The notes: a model not told the origin generated them from the sequence alone. DNA of 64,000 bases from Candidatus Nomurabacteria bacterium (GCA_020632035.1 JACKGG010000001.1:152985-216984), one strand, 5' to 3'; counted from the stretch's first letter, positions 49,317 to 60,148 are shown. Made by a program: numbers and translations.

Positions 49317-50021
49317 ATGCACAACAATATGCAAAAACAAGAAACCATTGTCATGTCGGTCGGAGGCTCATTGATTGTTCCCGATCAGATTGATACCGAC
49401 TTTCTGCGAACGTTGAAGAATTTTATAGATGGAGAGACGGCTAATGGCCGTCGTTTTATTATTATTGCTGGCGGGGGTAAGACAGCCCGTCGCTACCAAG
49501 ATGCAGCTGCTGACGTAACAGAACTAACTAGTGACGACCTTGACTGGATGGGCATCCATGCAACCAGGCTAAATGGCCACCTACTTCGGACTATCTTCCG
49601 AGATGTAGCTCACCCAGAGATGATTACCAATCCCGATGATATCCTAGACGTACCAAAAGAAGCCAAAGTTGTGATCGCCTCAGGCTACCGACCCGGCTGC
49701 TCAACTGACTTACGAGCCATCCAGATCGCCGAGCGAGTGGGAGCTAAAAAAATAATCAATCTATCTAATATTGATTATGTTTACACAGCAGACCCTCGGA
49801 CCAACCCTGAGGCTAAGATAATAGAAGATATTTCTTGGGCCGATTTTCGAGCTCTAATACCAAGCGAGTGGGACCCAGGACTCTCTTCCCCATTTGACCC
49901 GATTGCCGCTAAAGAAGCGGATGAAAAAAATATCGAAGTAGCGATAATTAATGGCGACAAACCAGAGGCTCTAGCTAGCTACCTACGTGACGAAGAATTT
50001 GTCGGGACCAAGATTTCTTAA
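49317..50021 (+). CDS. Amino-acid-kinase-family protein, UMP kinase (archaeal-type PyrH)-like
   Basis: VMSVGGSLIV... FIIIAGGGKTARRY; 234 aa; followed by terminator 50047-50076. Confidence 0.5.
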   Translation: MHNNMQKQETIVMSVGGSLIVPDQIDTDFLRTLKNFIDGETANGRRFIIIAGGGKTARRYQDAAADVTELTSDDLDWMGIHATRLNGHLLRTIFRDVAHPEMITNPDDILDVPKEAKVVIASGYRPGCSTDLRAIQIAERVGAKKIINLSNIDYVYTADPRTNPEAKIIEDISWADFRALIPSEWDPGLSSPFDPIAAKEADEKNIEVAIINGDKPEALASYLRDEEFVGTKIS

Positions 50022-50046
50022 AAAATAATTTGTTGATAAGAAAACT

Positions 50047-50076
50047 AAATGTGAGCCATAGGGCTCACATTTTTTA
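50047..50076. terminator. Bidirectional rho-independent terminator
   Basis: aatgtgagcc-atag-ggctcacatttttt between convergent genes. Confidence 0.65.
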
Positions 50077-50079
50077 AAC

Positions 50080-50478
50080 TTAAGTTTGATTGTCTGGCTG
50101 TTTATGCGGTGGTTGGGGCACTGAGACTTCCTGCTTCACTTCCATGTATGGACTTTCTCCATACTCGTTAGAATTTATGTCTCCCTTACGTATTAGTAGA
50201 CCAAGGAAAAGTGCTAAGTTCAAAAGAGGAATAAACATCATTAACATCCACAAGCCCGAACAATCTAAGTCGTGTAGACGGCGTACACCAATAGATAAAC
50301 TTGGTAATAAAATAGCCAACTGATATACCCACACGACTGATTCTTGTCCTACCGAAGCAACAGAAATAACAATCGCGACAATAATACTAATCAAAGTAAA
50401 CATGCCATATTGCCGACGTGTCGCTCTACCGTTAAAATCAGCGTAGTGTTGCGTAACGGGATCCAAAAACCAGTGCAT
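50080..50478 (-). CDS. DUF805-family inner membrane protein
   Basis: HYADFNGRATRRQYGMFTLISIIVAIV... typical DUF805 N-terminus, 3-4 TM helices. Confidence 0.55.
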   Translation of the reverse strand: MHWFLDPVTQHYADFNGRATRRQYGMFTLISIIVAIVISVASVGQESVVWVYQLAILLPSLSIGVRRLHDLDCSGLWMLMMFIPLLNLALFLGLLIRKGDINSNEYGESPYMEVKQEVSVPQPPHKQPDNQT

Positions 50479-50555
50479 AACAAAAATTAACTAATTGATT
50501 CAATCATAACATATGGTATTGATTCACAGCTATGAACTGGTCCAATACAACTGTT

Positions 50556-51284
50556 TTATTTGAGATTCTTAAAAACTTCTTGTTGAGATGAGTGAAACTT
50601 CTCAGCCGCCTCTTTGCAGTACGGGTTATATTTATACACGTCTTCAAAAAGTTTTTGGTCGTTTTTAACACTTTCAACTGCGTCCATCAGGAATTGAAAA
50701 GAAAGTGTGTCTAGTTCTGTCCGATCGAAGCCGGCTTTCATGATTGACTGCCCAATGTAGTGTGTAACAAAAAGAGTTTCAGCTAGGTTTTTGTCGTGCT
50801 CATCAGCGGTCATTTCTATAATATTGAATCCAAAGATAGAAAATTTATCTTTTAACATTTGGTAATCGTCGTTTTTGAGAGTGTAGTCGGTAACAACAAT
50901 TCTGAACCCTTCTACATTGCCTTTGTGCTTCTGGTAGCTGGTTGGGCCAAACATAGGATGAGTAGAAATAAACCGCCGGCCATCACAATATTTGTGACAT
51001 AGATCACTAGTATGCTTCTTTACCGTTGCTACGTCGATGAAGACAGTGTGTGGGAGGGCGTGCTCCAAAACCGCTTTCATTCTTTCTTCATATTCACGAA
51101 TACCAGCACAAAGAAAAACTACGTCAGATTGGGCGGCGGTCTTTAAATCAAAAAATTTTTCGTTGTCTGGTGCACACCGACGTGAGTGGATGCGGTACTC
51201 CAAACCAGGGAAAAACCGCTGCCCTAGCTCGTGGACAAAAGTCCCAAAGTTTCCATACCCAATTATTCCGATAGTGTTAATCAT
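50556..51284 (-). CDS. Prephenate/arogenate dehydrogenase-family protein (TyrA-like, short)
   Basis: Rossmann IGIIGYGNFGTFV; VFIDVATVKK resembling TyrA D-x-x-S/T-V-K motif. Confidence 0.4.
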   Translation of the reverse strand: MINTIGIIGYGNFGTFVHELGQRFFPGLEYRIHSRRCAPDNEKFFDLKTAAQSDVVFLCAGIREYEERMKAVLEHALPHTVFIDVATVKKHTSDLCHKYCDGRRFISTHPMFGPTSYQKHKGNVEGFRIVVTDYTLKNDDYQMLKDKFSIFGFNIIEMTADEHDKNLAETLFVTHYIGQSIMKAGFDRTELDTLSFQFLMDAVESVKNDQKLFEDVYKYNPYCKEAAEKFHSSQQEVFKNLK

Positions 51285-51834
51285 TATTTATAGTTTGCAA
51301 AAATTTATCTACTTCTTTCTTAAGTTCACCCATAGTACCATTATTCAAAATAGTGTAGTCAGCCATACTAATTACTTTGGCTTTTTGCATACCATTTGGG
51401 TCCGGATCGTTCATCTCAAGAGCTTCCTGAGCAATAAATTCTTCAAAAGAAACTTGGTCTGAACCTGATCTCCTGCCTTTAATACGTTTGTATCGAACCT
51501 TCTTATCAGCATCTACCGCCAAGAGAATACCCCCGTTTGCCTTTAGTGTATCTACTTCAGCTGTAGCACGAATTGACTCGATTATAGCCTTTTTGGTTGC
51601 ATCTTTAGACTTTTTTTTCAAAAAAAAGACAACAAGAAAATCATTGCCGTGGGTGGCCCTCAGTTCGTTTGCCACCAGTCTCATGTTAGCCCTATTATTA
51701 TCCATCCCTCTTTTTCGAAATTCTTCCTCCCAAATTGACCGTGCAGAATAATGCACAAAACCACCATGTTCAACCAAATATGAGACAACAGCACCCTTTC
51801 CAGCCCCATCTGTACCTGTGATACCTATTAGCAT
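51277..51834 (-). CDS. P-loop nucleotide/nucleoside kinase-like protein (dephospho-CoA kinase/adenylate kinase-like)
   Basis: MLIGITGTDGAGKGAVVSYL Walker A at N-terminus, 185 aa. Confidence 0.4.
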   Translation of the reverse strand: MLIGITGTDGAGKGAVVSYLVEHGGFVHYSARSIWEEEFRKRGMDNNRANMRLVANELRATHGNDFLVVFFLKKKSKDATKKAIIESIRATAEVDTLKANGGILLAVDADKKVRYKRIKGRRSGSDQVSFEEFIAQEALEMNDPDPNGMQKAKVISMADYTILNNGTMGELKKEVDKFLQTINND

Positions 51835-51842
51835 AGAAAGTA

Positions 51843-52814
51843 TTATACTTTCATTTTAGTAGCTTTCCATTTTGCGTAAGTGACCACCAGTGGACTAGCA
51901 ATACAAATAGAAGAATAGGTTCCAGCTAGAACTCCAGCAAACAGTACTAAAGCAAAGGTTTGAGTAACTGCACCACCAAGGAAATACAGGGCTAGCAAAG
52001 TAACCATAGTGGTAACTGAAGTATTAATAGAGCGAGCAAGTGTTTCTTGTACCGCTGAGCCAACGATTTCTTCATATGGCTTAGTGAGAGTATAAGTTAC
52101 CTCTTCTCTCACCATCCCAGCTTCTGTGTGCTTCTTGCGGTGTTCAGTACGGTTTTGTTTTAGGTTTTCTCGCACGCGATCGAAAACTACGATAGTGTCG
52201 TTAACCGAGTAACCAAGTACAGCCAAGAGAGCCATCACAAACAGCACATCAACTTCAAGCCCGAGGAAGTAGCCCAGTAAACTCATGGTAGCGGTTGGTA
52301 CCAACACATCGTGAATCAAAACCAAAATTGTTATCCCGCCGTAAGTCCAAGAACTGACAGGAGTACCGATGCCGGCAAAGGCAAAAGCGACGTACAAAAC
52401 AATAATAGATACTACACCGAAGATAGCCCAGCCGGCTTTATCTTTAAGTTCTTGTCCGATAACTGGACCGATGGATGTAAACCGAATTACTTCACCTCCT
52501 TCACCTAACTTAGTAACGTTTTCTTCTAAAGTTACTCTTTCACTTTCAGTTAAATCACGAGTTCGGATCAAGTAGGCATTTCGCCCTGCCTCATCGACAG
52601 ATTCACGGACAGAAAAATTACCAGTCATCTGTTCAGTTACCACTTTATCAACTTCTTCTTTAGAAGGAGCATTTACATACGCCACCTCTGTTAAAGATCC
52701 TCCACTGAAATCAATCCCCTCTTTTAAACCTAGAGTAGAAATAATAAACACACTCGACACCGCAATAACCGCAGCTATGATGAGAAGTATTTTTCTGTAA
52801 GTGATTGCAAACAT
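51843..52814 (-). CDS. secF: Protein translocase subunit SecF
   Basis: GIDFSGGSL motif, 6 TM, follows secD; ORF track 51843..52862, internal ATG (MFAITYRK) preferred. Confidence 0.8.
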   Translation of the reverse strand: MFAITYRKILLIIAAVIAVSSVFIISTLGLKEGIDFSGGSLTEVAYVNAPSKEEVDKVVTEQMTGNFSVRESVDEAGRNAYLIRTRDLTESERVTLEENVTKLGEGGEVIRFTSIGPVIGQELKDKAGWAIFGVVSIIVLYVAFAFAGIGTPVSSWTYGGITILVLIHDVLVPTATMSLLGYFLGLEVDVLFVMALLAVLGYSVNDTIVVFDRVRENLKQNRTEHRKKHTEAGMVREEVTYTLTKPYEEIVGSAVQETLARSINTSVTTMVTLLALYFLGGAVTQTFALVLFAGVLAGTYSSICIASPLVVTYAKWKATKMKV

Positions 52815-52827
52815 ATTAAAAGTGAAA

Positions 52828-54306
52828 CTATTCTTGTTTTGAGCGATTAAAATTAAGTCCACTTCCTAACAACTTAGACATGAGTCCATTGCTGGATTTG
52901 TTTACATCTGGCAAAGCAATCAAAAATGTCCGAGTTATTACTAGTGCTGAAAACATTGAAGCGATGATTCCAATTCCAAAAACTAGAGCAAACCCTTTTA
53001 CCATTGAAGTTCCAAACCAGAATAAAATAATCGCGGACAGAAGACTGGTTATGTTACCGTCTCTGATAGCACTCCAAGCTCGAGAAAAACCTACCTCGGC
53101 CGACTTCCGACTACCTGCTCCAGACCGGAACTCTTCTTTCATTCTTTCAAAAACTAGCACGTTGGCGTCTACTGCCATACCGAGAGAAAGAATAAACCCG
53201 GCGAGACCAGCAGCGGTTAAAGTGACCGGAATGAACAGGAATAGCGACAACATGATAGTTATATATGAGAGTAGGGCAACGCCTGCGATCAACCCTGGCA
53301 GTCGGTACCACAAAACCATAAACAACATCACTAGACTTAAACCTAGGAATCCAGCTTTGATACCGTGGTCTAGTACTTCAAAGCCAAGTGATGCACCGAT
53401 TGTTTGGGTGCTTTGTAGCTCGATCGGTAAAGGTAACGCCCCAAAACTTAAGTTCTTGTACAGTGAGCGAGCCTCTTCTAAATCAAAGTTACCAGAAATT
53501 ACGGCTGTCCCACCAGTGATCGGTTCATTAATAACAGGAGAAGAAAGTAATTCTCCGTCGAGGAATATTCCCAATTGTTCTCCTACATGGGCCTTAGTGA
53601 TTTCGCCAAACAAATCTGCTCCTTCTGGGGTAAAGGTTACAGTAACCATAGGTTCGTTTGAAAGTCGGCCACTATTTGCCCCAGCAAATTCTAGATTGGC
53701 AGTTTGTAGATAACGACCGGTTAAGCCAGTGTCTACAAAAGGCAGTTCATCTTCTCCGATAGTAACTTCTTCCCCATTTATTTTTACATTACCAATCACT
53801 ACTTCTGATGAACTGGAAGATTTGGTCAATGAATTTAGGCTCTCTAGAGCTGATTGTTGATCAGCCAGTTCTTGACTGAACAATTTAAATTCTAGAAGTG
53901 GAGTACGGCCAATCTCTGCCACAGCTTCGCTAACATCGGTTACGCCGGGAAGCTCTACTACCAGACGCTCAGTTGGATTGTCAGTTACAAAACTACTATG
54001 TTCTACTTGGACGATCGGTTCTGATACTCCAAAAACATTGACCCGACGCTCAATAACATCACGTAAAACGTTCATGAGTTCTGGGATTTCAGACTGATCC
54101 ACTCCCTTGGTGTCAGCCACATAGACTAAGTGAGAACCACCGGCCAAATCTAGCCCGAGCTTGAAAGGCTTAGTAGCCTCTGGAGATATACTATTTTGGT
54201 AAATCGAATTACCTAACCAAGCAATTAGAACAACTACAACGATAACTCTAAACCAACGTAAAAAAGCTTGAGACTGGTCGGACTGTTGTGACTCGAGTTT
54301 AGACAT
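52828..54306 (-). CDS. secD: Protein translocase subunit SecD
   Basis: GLDLAGGSHLVY motif, periplasmic domain + C-terminal 6-TM RND-like bundle, followed by secF. Confidence 0.85.
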   Translation of the reverse strand: MSKLESQQSDQSQAFLRWFRVIVVVVLIAWLGNSIYQNSISPEATKPFKLGLDLAGGSHLVYVADTKGVDQSEIPELMNVLRDVIERRVNVFGVSEPIVQVEHSSFVTDNPTERLVVELPGVTDVSEAVAEIGRTPLLEFKLFSQELADQQSALESLNSLTKSSSSSEVVIGNVKINGEEVTIGEDELPFVDTGLTGRYLQTANLEFAGANSGRLSNEPMVTVTFTPEGADLFGEITKAHVGEQLGIFLDGELLSSPVINEPITGGTAVISGNFDLEEARSLYKNLSFGALPLPIELQSTQTIGASLGFEVLDHGIKAGFLGLSLVMLFMVLWYRLPGLIAGVALLSYITIMLSLFLFIPVTLTAAGLAGFILSLGMAVDANVLVFERMKEEFRSGAGSRKSAEVGFSRAWSAIRDGNITSLLSAIILFWFGTSMVKGFALVFGIGIIASMFSALVITRTFLIALPDVNKSSNGLMSKLLGSGLNFNRSKQE

Positions 54307-54448
54307 ATGATTTAGGTGAAACTATGGCATCATTTATACCATACTGGAACCTATATTACACTCCACACAACACGTTTATGTTTTATACTTTTAGCCTATT
54401 CTAGCCAAAATATAATTATTTTGTAAGGTTTAAAACAAATTTGTAGTT

Positions 54449-55240
54449 TTACTGGCGGACCAGTAGCACTAAATTCTTTAATAAATAAGCAATGGTGATC
54501 GGACCGATACCGCCAGGAACAGGCGTCAAAAGCTTTGCTTTTGACGCCACTTGAGGAGCCACATCTCCAACCAAGACCCCCCCATCTTCTGAAGTCCCAG
54601 CATCAAAAATAATGACCCCGTCTTTGACCGAGTCAGCTTCAATAAAGTGCGGCTGACCGATACCAGTAATTATAATATCAGCTAACTTTAACACATCTGT
54701 TGAATAGGTTTCTTTGGTTAAAACCTTTACTACTCCACCCTTTTTTTGTGCGTAGTGAGCGGCTGGCATCCCGACCAATCTGCCCTCACCCATAACCACA
54801 ACTGACTTACCTTGCCACTCAATATTATGAAGCTTACTTATTTCATCAATGGCCCCAACTACAGGCGACAAACACGCATCGCTAATTTGGCCGTACTTAA
54901 ATCCATCTGGGTCTTTTCCAGACGGAATTCCTGCCAAGACTTTATCTCGATCGATTTGCACAGGCAGTGGTAACTGAACAATTATTCCGTCAGAGTCTCC
55001 TATCACTTGTTTGATGCAATTCAGAACTTCCTCAGTTGAAATATCAGCTGGTAATTCAATAATATTGAGACCAACTCCAACCGAAGAAGCTTTCTTCTTC
55101 TTCATATCTAAGTATTTTTGAGTCTCGAAATTTGGTGCACAAGTAATAATAGAAAGCCTAAGCGGGCGCCCAATTGAAGAAACATCCTCGGCCACTTGTT
55201 TCAACACTCCTGCAGCAATAGTTTTTCCGTCAACTAACAT
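54449..55240 (-). CDS. folD: Bifunctional methylenetetrahydrofolate dehydrogenase/cyclohydrolase
   Basis: LVDGKTIAAGVLKQVAEDV, YLDMKKKKA, GKSVVVMGEGRLVGMPAA, PVPGGIGPITIAYLL motifs. Confidence 0.75.
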   Translation of the reverse strand: MLVDGKTIAAGVLKQVAEDVSSIGRPLRLSIITCAPNFETQKYLDMKKKKASSVGVGLNIIELPADISTEEVLNCIKQVIGDSDGIIVQLPLPVQIDRDKVLAGIPSGKDPDGFKYGQISDACLSPVVGAIDEISKLHNIEWQGKSVVVMGEGRLVGMPAAHYAQKKGGVVKVLTKETYSTDVLKLADIIITGIGQPHFIEADSVKDGVIIFDAGTSEDGGVLVGDVAPQVASKAKLLTPVPGGIGPITIAYLLKNLVLLVRQ

Positions 55241-55282
55241 GGTTCCGGCAGTATAACAAAGTTTTTTGGGTAGAGTTATGTT

Positions 55283-56176
55283 TTATAAAAGTTCGGCGAT
55301 CCCTGCTTCAAGTGAAATCTCTGGTTCCCACTCTAGTTGTTCAATTGTTTTAGAAATATCAGCTAGTGTGTGGCGAGGTTCGTGTCTCGGCGCTACGTAC
55401 TCAATCTCTCCCCCAATCATTTTGGCAAGATTATTGACACTAGTCTGTTTACCACTACCGATATTGAACACTTCACCATGCCCGACATTTGGATTGACTG
55501 AAGATTTAAATATAGCATTAACAACATCATGTACGTGGATAAAATCTCTAGTCTGTTCACCGTCTCCAGTTATTGTTAGTGGTTCGCCACTTTCTTTCAA
55601 ATTTAAAAATCGTCCGATTACTAAAGCGTAGGGTCCATTAGGATCAAAATATGGACCATAAACATTGAAGAACCTGAGCGAAACAGTCTCTACGTTATAT
55701 AAATTACTCCAAAGTTTCATTAAGCCTTCTCCCATAAATTTTTGTAGGGCGTAAGGACTTTTGGGGTCAACTGGCAGATCAGTCGATAATGGTAAAGTTT
55801 CTTGATCACCGTAGGCTGCGCTCGAGGCAGCAAAAACTACTCTTTTGACTCCAGCGGTTTTTGCTGCCTCGAGTACTGATAGTGTTCCGTTCACATTCAC
55901 ATCATGTGATTCTGTCGGACAATCTATTGAATATTGTACCTTTGGCAAAGCCGCTAAATGAACAATTACGTCAACTCCTTCGGTTGCTTTTTCAAGTAAA
56001 TGCTGGTCTCTCACATCGATTTTGTGAAAAATGACTTCTTTAGGTAATCTGATTTGGTCTCCGGCACTTAGGTCGTCTACCACCACCACCTCTTGACCAC
56101 ACTCTACCAAAAAATTGGTGAGGTTAGTTCCAATGAACCCGGCTCCTCCAGTAATTAGAAATTTCTTTATTATCAT
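55283..56176 (-). CDS. NAD-dependent nucleotide-sugar epimerase (GalE/WbpP-like SDR)
   Basis: ITGGAGFIGTNL Rossmann motif; YALQKFMGE (YxxxK). Confidence 0.65.
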   Translation of the reverse strand: MIIKKFLITGGAGFIGTNLTNFLVECGQEVVVVDDLSAGDQIRLPKEVIFHKIDVRDQHLLEKATEGVDVIVHLAALPKVQYSIDCPTESHDVNVNGTLSVLEAAKTAGVKRVVFAASSAAYGDQETLPLSTDLPVDPKSPYALQKFMGEGLMKLWSNLYNVETVSLRFFNVYGPYFDPNGPYALVIGRFLNLKESGEPLTITGDGEQTRDFIHVHDVVNAIFKSSVNPNVGHGEVFNIGSGKQTSVNNLAKMIGGEIEYVAPRHEPRHTLADISKTIEQLEWEPEISLEAGIAELL

Positions 56177-56346
56177 AATATTTAAGTATAACTTAACTTA
56201 GTATATTTGGGTTACTAATTAAGTCATTTATTACTCCATATAGTCTACTGAAAATATAGTCGACTATGTGTTGTTTTCTAGCAATATGCTAGAGCCTATA
56301 TAAATTATGAATAGTCGCACACTTTCTGCGCTCACTACTCCATTTA

Positions 56347-57699
56347 TTAAGTTCCAGTTCGCATCAATATAGTCGCAATTGTTTTAAAGGCGATCTGCAG
56401 ATCTAGCAATAACGAACGACGTTCTAGGTAAAACAAATCGTATGAAAGTTTGGCGACCGTCCGCTCTACATCAACTCCCCCTCGTGGGACGTCGTAATTA
56501 TTAATCTGAGCCCAACCAGACAAACCTGGCTTTAAAAAGTGTCTGGTGTTGTAATAAGGAATTTCTTTAGCGTAGACTTCTGCCAAGGCGGGCATTTCTG
56601 GCCTAGGTCCAATAAACGAAAGGTCTCCTCTTAAGACATTATATAGTTGTGGCAACTCGTCTATTCTGGTTTTGCGCAAAAACAAACCAACTCTTGTATC
56701 TTTCAACTCGCTACTAAGCGCAGCCTTACCAGCATCAGCGCCATTTTTGGTCCGAAACTTAAAAATCGTAATGAGTTTATTGAACTGCCCCACCCTGGTG
56801 GTGGTGTAAAAAAGAGCACCTCTATCTTCAATTTTAATTGCCAAGGCAACAAAGGGAAAAATTAGGCAAGCAGGTATTATCAAAGCCAGCGATCCAAAAA
56901 TATCAATTGATCTTTTTATGACGTCATAAATAGCGGTTTTTGATTGGGAAATATTAGTAATAAACCATTCATACTGCAACATAGAAACTGGCACTCGATC
57001 AAAAGTGTCTTCATAAAGGCGATTAAAATCTAAAAAGGTGAAAGCAAAGTGTAAGAAAGATAAATTAAACAAAACAGGCAAAAAAGATTTGATTGCTTCT
57101 CCCCGAGGATCAACAACAACTAGTTCAATACCATCGCGTTCCATTAGGGCCAAAATCTTTCTCTCAAAATCTTCTGTACCGGTGAGGGTTTGCTCGTCAA
57201 TAATTCGACTGAAGTAATAATTGTAACGGTCATTATTATTGATTTCGTCTGCCAGCTCAACGGCTTCTTTACCGTCTGCAATCAAAACAGCCTTATGTCG
57301 CTGCTTGGGTGAAAGAAGTGGTATCAAGCGAAGTCTCCAAACGCTCAAGAGTACGGTAGAGATAACCAAATACAAAATTAGATTTGTTTTCGGTGTAATA
57401 CCAAAAGGAATGATAAAAAAAAGTATACCGGCGACAAATACATTTATAGCTTGGGCATACAAGATACGATTAACCAACAATTTCTTAAGTAAAGTTGTAT
57501 GTTTGTCGTAAAGACCGAGAATAAAAAAAATAAAAAGCCAAACGCCAGTGAATACAAAAAAAGGTGGTAGGTGTGTTGCTAACCGATCCATGCTTGGCAA
57601 CTCAAAATATCGCACCAGCAGAGTCAGCCAAAGTGATAGGTTGAAAACTATTATGTCTCCAACTACTAATATAAATAATTCTCTAGTACGTTCTCCCAT
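56347..57699 (-). CDS. Undecaprenyl-phosphate sugar phosphotransferase (WbaP/bacterial sugar transferase family), priming enzyme
   Basis: N-terminal 4-5 TM; C-terminal KRSIDIFGSLALI...KFRT...DELPQLYNVLRGDLSFIGPRP (PF02397 signature). Confidence 0.8.
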   Translation of the reverse strand: MGERTRELFILVVGDIIVFNLSLWLTLLVRYFELPSMDRLATHLPPFFVFTGVWLFIFFILGLYDKHTTLLKKLLVNRILYAQAINVFVAGILFFIIPFGITPKTNLILYLVISTVLLSVWRLRLIPLLSPKQRHKAVLIADGKEAVELADEINNNDRYNYYFSRIIDEQTLTGTEDFERKILALMERDGIELVVVDPRGEAIKSFLPVLFNLSFLHFAFTFLDFNRLYEDTFDRVPVSMLQYEWFITNISQSKTAIYDVIKRSIDIFGSLALIIPACLIFPFVALAIKIEDRGALFYTTTRVGQFNKLITIFKFRTKNGADAGKAALSSELKDTRVGLFLRKTRIDELPQLYNVLRGDLSFIGPRPEMPALAEVYAKEIPYYNTRHFLKPGLSGWAQINNYDVPRGGVDVERTVAKLSYDLFYLERRSLLLDLQIAFKTIATILMRTGT

Positions 57700-57902
57700 A
57701 TCAGATAATAGTGCCTAAATCCTACCTAAGTTTCATGGAATAGCAAGCAAACTGTTTTGCTTTTGCTCCGGTTCTGACGAAAGTCAGAAATCGACGAAGG
57801 ATACGAGTCGACAGGTGTGGCCCGACCCTCCTATGGCACTTCTGCCTCTAGTAGAAACCACCATAATAACCATCAAGCCTGATACTTTGTTACAATAGCC
57901 AC

Positions 57903-59057
57903 ATGCCCATAAATCAAAAAATACTCTATCTGGTCACCAAAAGTAATTATGGAGGCGGGCAAAAATATGTCCTCGAGTTAGCGGAAGCTGCGAAAAAATC
58001 TGGGTATTTTGTGACGGTTGCTTGTGGTGGCACCGGCAAAGCCGGTGCCGGGACAGGCGTCTTGGTAGAAAAATTAAATAAAAAAAGTATACCAGTTGTA
58101 AAAGTAGAAAATTTCATGAGGGACATGTCTTTTCTAAGTGACCTGCTCGCCTTTTTTGAAGTCTGGAAAATAATTAGAAACCAAAAGCCAGACATCCTCC
58201 ACGTAAACAGCTCCAAAGCCGGGGGTATTGGAGCTTTGGCCGGACGCTTGGCTGGAACAAAAAATATCATCTTCACTTCTCACGGCCTCACTATCGATGA
58301 AGTCTGGCGACCACGTTGGCAGAGAATCCTAATCTACATCGGAACCTGGCTGACCATAAAACTGGCTCATAAAAGCATCATGATTTCGATCGAAACTTAT
58401 GAAAGAGCTAAAAATATGCCAGGACTTGCTGATAAGATTTTCTTAGTGAAAAACGGCATCGCTCCAATAGATTTTTTAGACAAACCTAAAGCAAGAAAAA
58501 GTTTATCTGAAGCTATACCACCAAAAGGGTTCTGGGTCGGAGGGATTGGTGAACTCCACCCTAATAAAAATTGGTCTGCTGCGATTGAAGCCATGGCTAC
58601 CCTTCCCGTAAAAATCCACTTGATTATTATTGGCGAAGGTGAAGAAAGGGCTAATCTGGAAAAACTTATTCAATCAAAAAACCTGCAAAATAGGGTTCAT
58701 TTACTGGGTTTTATTGACAATGCATCCAGTTATCTAAGAGCCTTTGATGCCTTCATTTTAGTATCAAAAAAAGAGGGTCTCCCCTACGTGTTACTAGAAG
58801 CTGGGCTAGCTTCCCTCCCGACCATCGCTAGTGACCTACCCGGCAACCACGACATTATTGAAACCGGGAAAAATGGTTTCTTGATTGAACCTACTCCTAA
58901 GATGATTTCTACCACTGTCGAAATGCTTTTCCGAGATGAGGGTATGCGCCGAACTTTGGGCCAAAGTTTACATGAAACTATCCAAAAAGATTTCTCGATA
59001 GACAACATGTCTTCACAGACATTCTCTGTCTATGATTCTAGTAGATCTGAAGCCTGA
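57903..59057 (+). CDS. Glycosyltransferase family 4
   Basis: LIIIGEGEERANL...EGLPYVLLEAGLASLPTIASDLPGNHDIIE EX7E motif. Confidence 0.65.
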   Translation: MPINQKILYLVTKSNYGGGQKYVLELAEAAKKSGYFVTVACGGTGKAGAGTGVLVEKLNKKSIPVVKVENFMRDMSFLSDLLAFFEVWKIIRNQKPDILHVNSSKAGGIGALAGRLAGTKNIIFTSHGLTIDEVWRPRWQRILIYIGTWLTIKLAHKSIMISIETYERAKNMPGLADKIFLVKNGIAPIDFLDKPKARKSLSEAIPPKGFWVGGIGELHPNKNWSAAIEAMATLPVKIHLIIIGEGEERANLEKLIQSKNLQNRVHLLGFIDNASSYLRAFDAFILVSKKEGLPYVLLEAGLASLPTIASDLPGNHDIIETGKNGFLIEPTPKMISTTVEMLFRDEGMRRTLGQSLHETIQKDFSIDNMSSQTFSVYDSSRSEA

Positions 59058-60148
59058 TAACGTACCGGTGCGTAGCGACGCATACCCATCACCATACCAA
59101 CCGCTAAAAACTCTGTCATTAAATGAGAACCACCATAACTCAAAAAAGGAATGGTCGTACCAGTCACGGGAAGCAAACCAATATTCATTCCAATGTGAAC
59201 AAAAAAGTGTGCTACTAAAAGCATACAAACTCCGGACGCAAATAATCTTTCGAAGTTGGTATCGCCAACAACAGCGTGTCTCAAAAGTCTCCACACCACA
59301 ATAAAGAATAAAGTGAACATAAGCCCCACCCCGACTAGTCCCCATTCTTCTGCAAAGGCTGCAAAAATGAAGTCGGTTTCATACTCGGGAAGGAAAAGCA
59401 GTTTGGACTGAGTACCATAGCCAATCCCTTTTCCAAATAATTCACCCGACCCAATTGCGACGGTAGACTGGTAAGCGTTGTAGCCAGCACCCTGAATGTC
59501 TGACAAAGGATCTAAGAAAGTCATAATTCTTTCCTTCTGATAATCCTGAAAAGCAAATTGCCACATCAACCCAAGGGCAACAACGCCTAGCAAAAATACC
59601 GATAGTAAATGCCGAACCTTGATACCAGACACTAAGACCATACCCAACCAGACAAAAAACAAAATTATAGCGGAACCAAAATCGGGTTGAATAAAAACTA
59701 ACCCAAAAATCGACACGGCGTAAAAGCCCGAGACAAGAATGTGCTTGAAGTCGCCAATCATTTCGTGTCGTTTAGCAAAATACTTAGCGAGCACTATAAT
59801 CAAAACTAACTTGGCTGGGTCAGAAGGTTGTAATGAAAAAAAGCCAAGGTCGAACCGGCTTTGTGCACCAAGGGTAATTTCACCAATAAATAAAACCAAG
59901 ATCAATAGTGAGACAGTCGCCACATAGAGATAAAAAGCCATATTACCACTTCTTAGAAAGCGGTAATCAGGAATAATCGCCAAAAACATCACAACTGAAG
60001 CTATGCCGATCCATAAAATCTGCCGATTAAAAAAAGAATTATCTCCCACGTGCGAGTACATAGTGACCAAACCCATAAGCGTCAGGCCAAGCATGCTAAA
60101 AAAAAGCACTGCATCAAAACCACCAAATAATATCCGGAGCTGTCCCAT
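59030..60148 (-). CDS. SEDS-family peptidoglycan glycosyltransferase (RodA/FtsW)
   Basis: 10-TM protein; conserved C-terminal PFLSYGGSHLMT (SYGGSS motif); GIGYGTQSK. Confidence 0.8.
   Translation of the reverse strand: MGQLRILFGGFDAVLFFSMLGLTLMGLVTMYSHVGDNSFFNRQILWIGIASVVMFLAIIPDYRFLRSGNMAFYLYVATVSLLILVLFIGEITLGAQSRFDLGFFSLQPSDPAKLVLIIVLAKYFAKRHEMIGDFKHILVSGFYAVSIFGLVFIQPDFGSAIILFFVWLGMVLVSGIKVRHLLSVFLLGVVALGLMWQFAFQDYQKERIMTFLDPLSDIQGAGYNAYQSTVAIGSGELFGKGIGYGTQSKLLFLPEYETDFIFAAFAEEWGLVGVGLMFTLFFIVVWRLLRHAVVGDTNFERLFASGVCMLLVAHFFVHIGMNIGLLPVTGTTIPFLSYGGSHLMTEFLAVGMVMGMRRYAPVRYQASDLLES

Noticed and set aside
55266-55631. 121-aa plus-strand ORF
   Set aside because: Fully antisense to the well-supported SDR epimerase gene 55283-56176.
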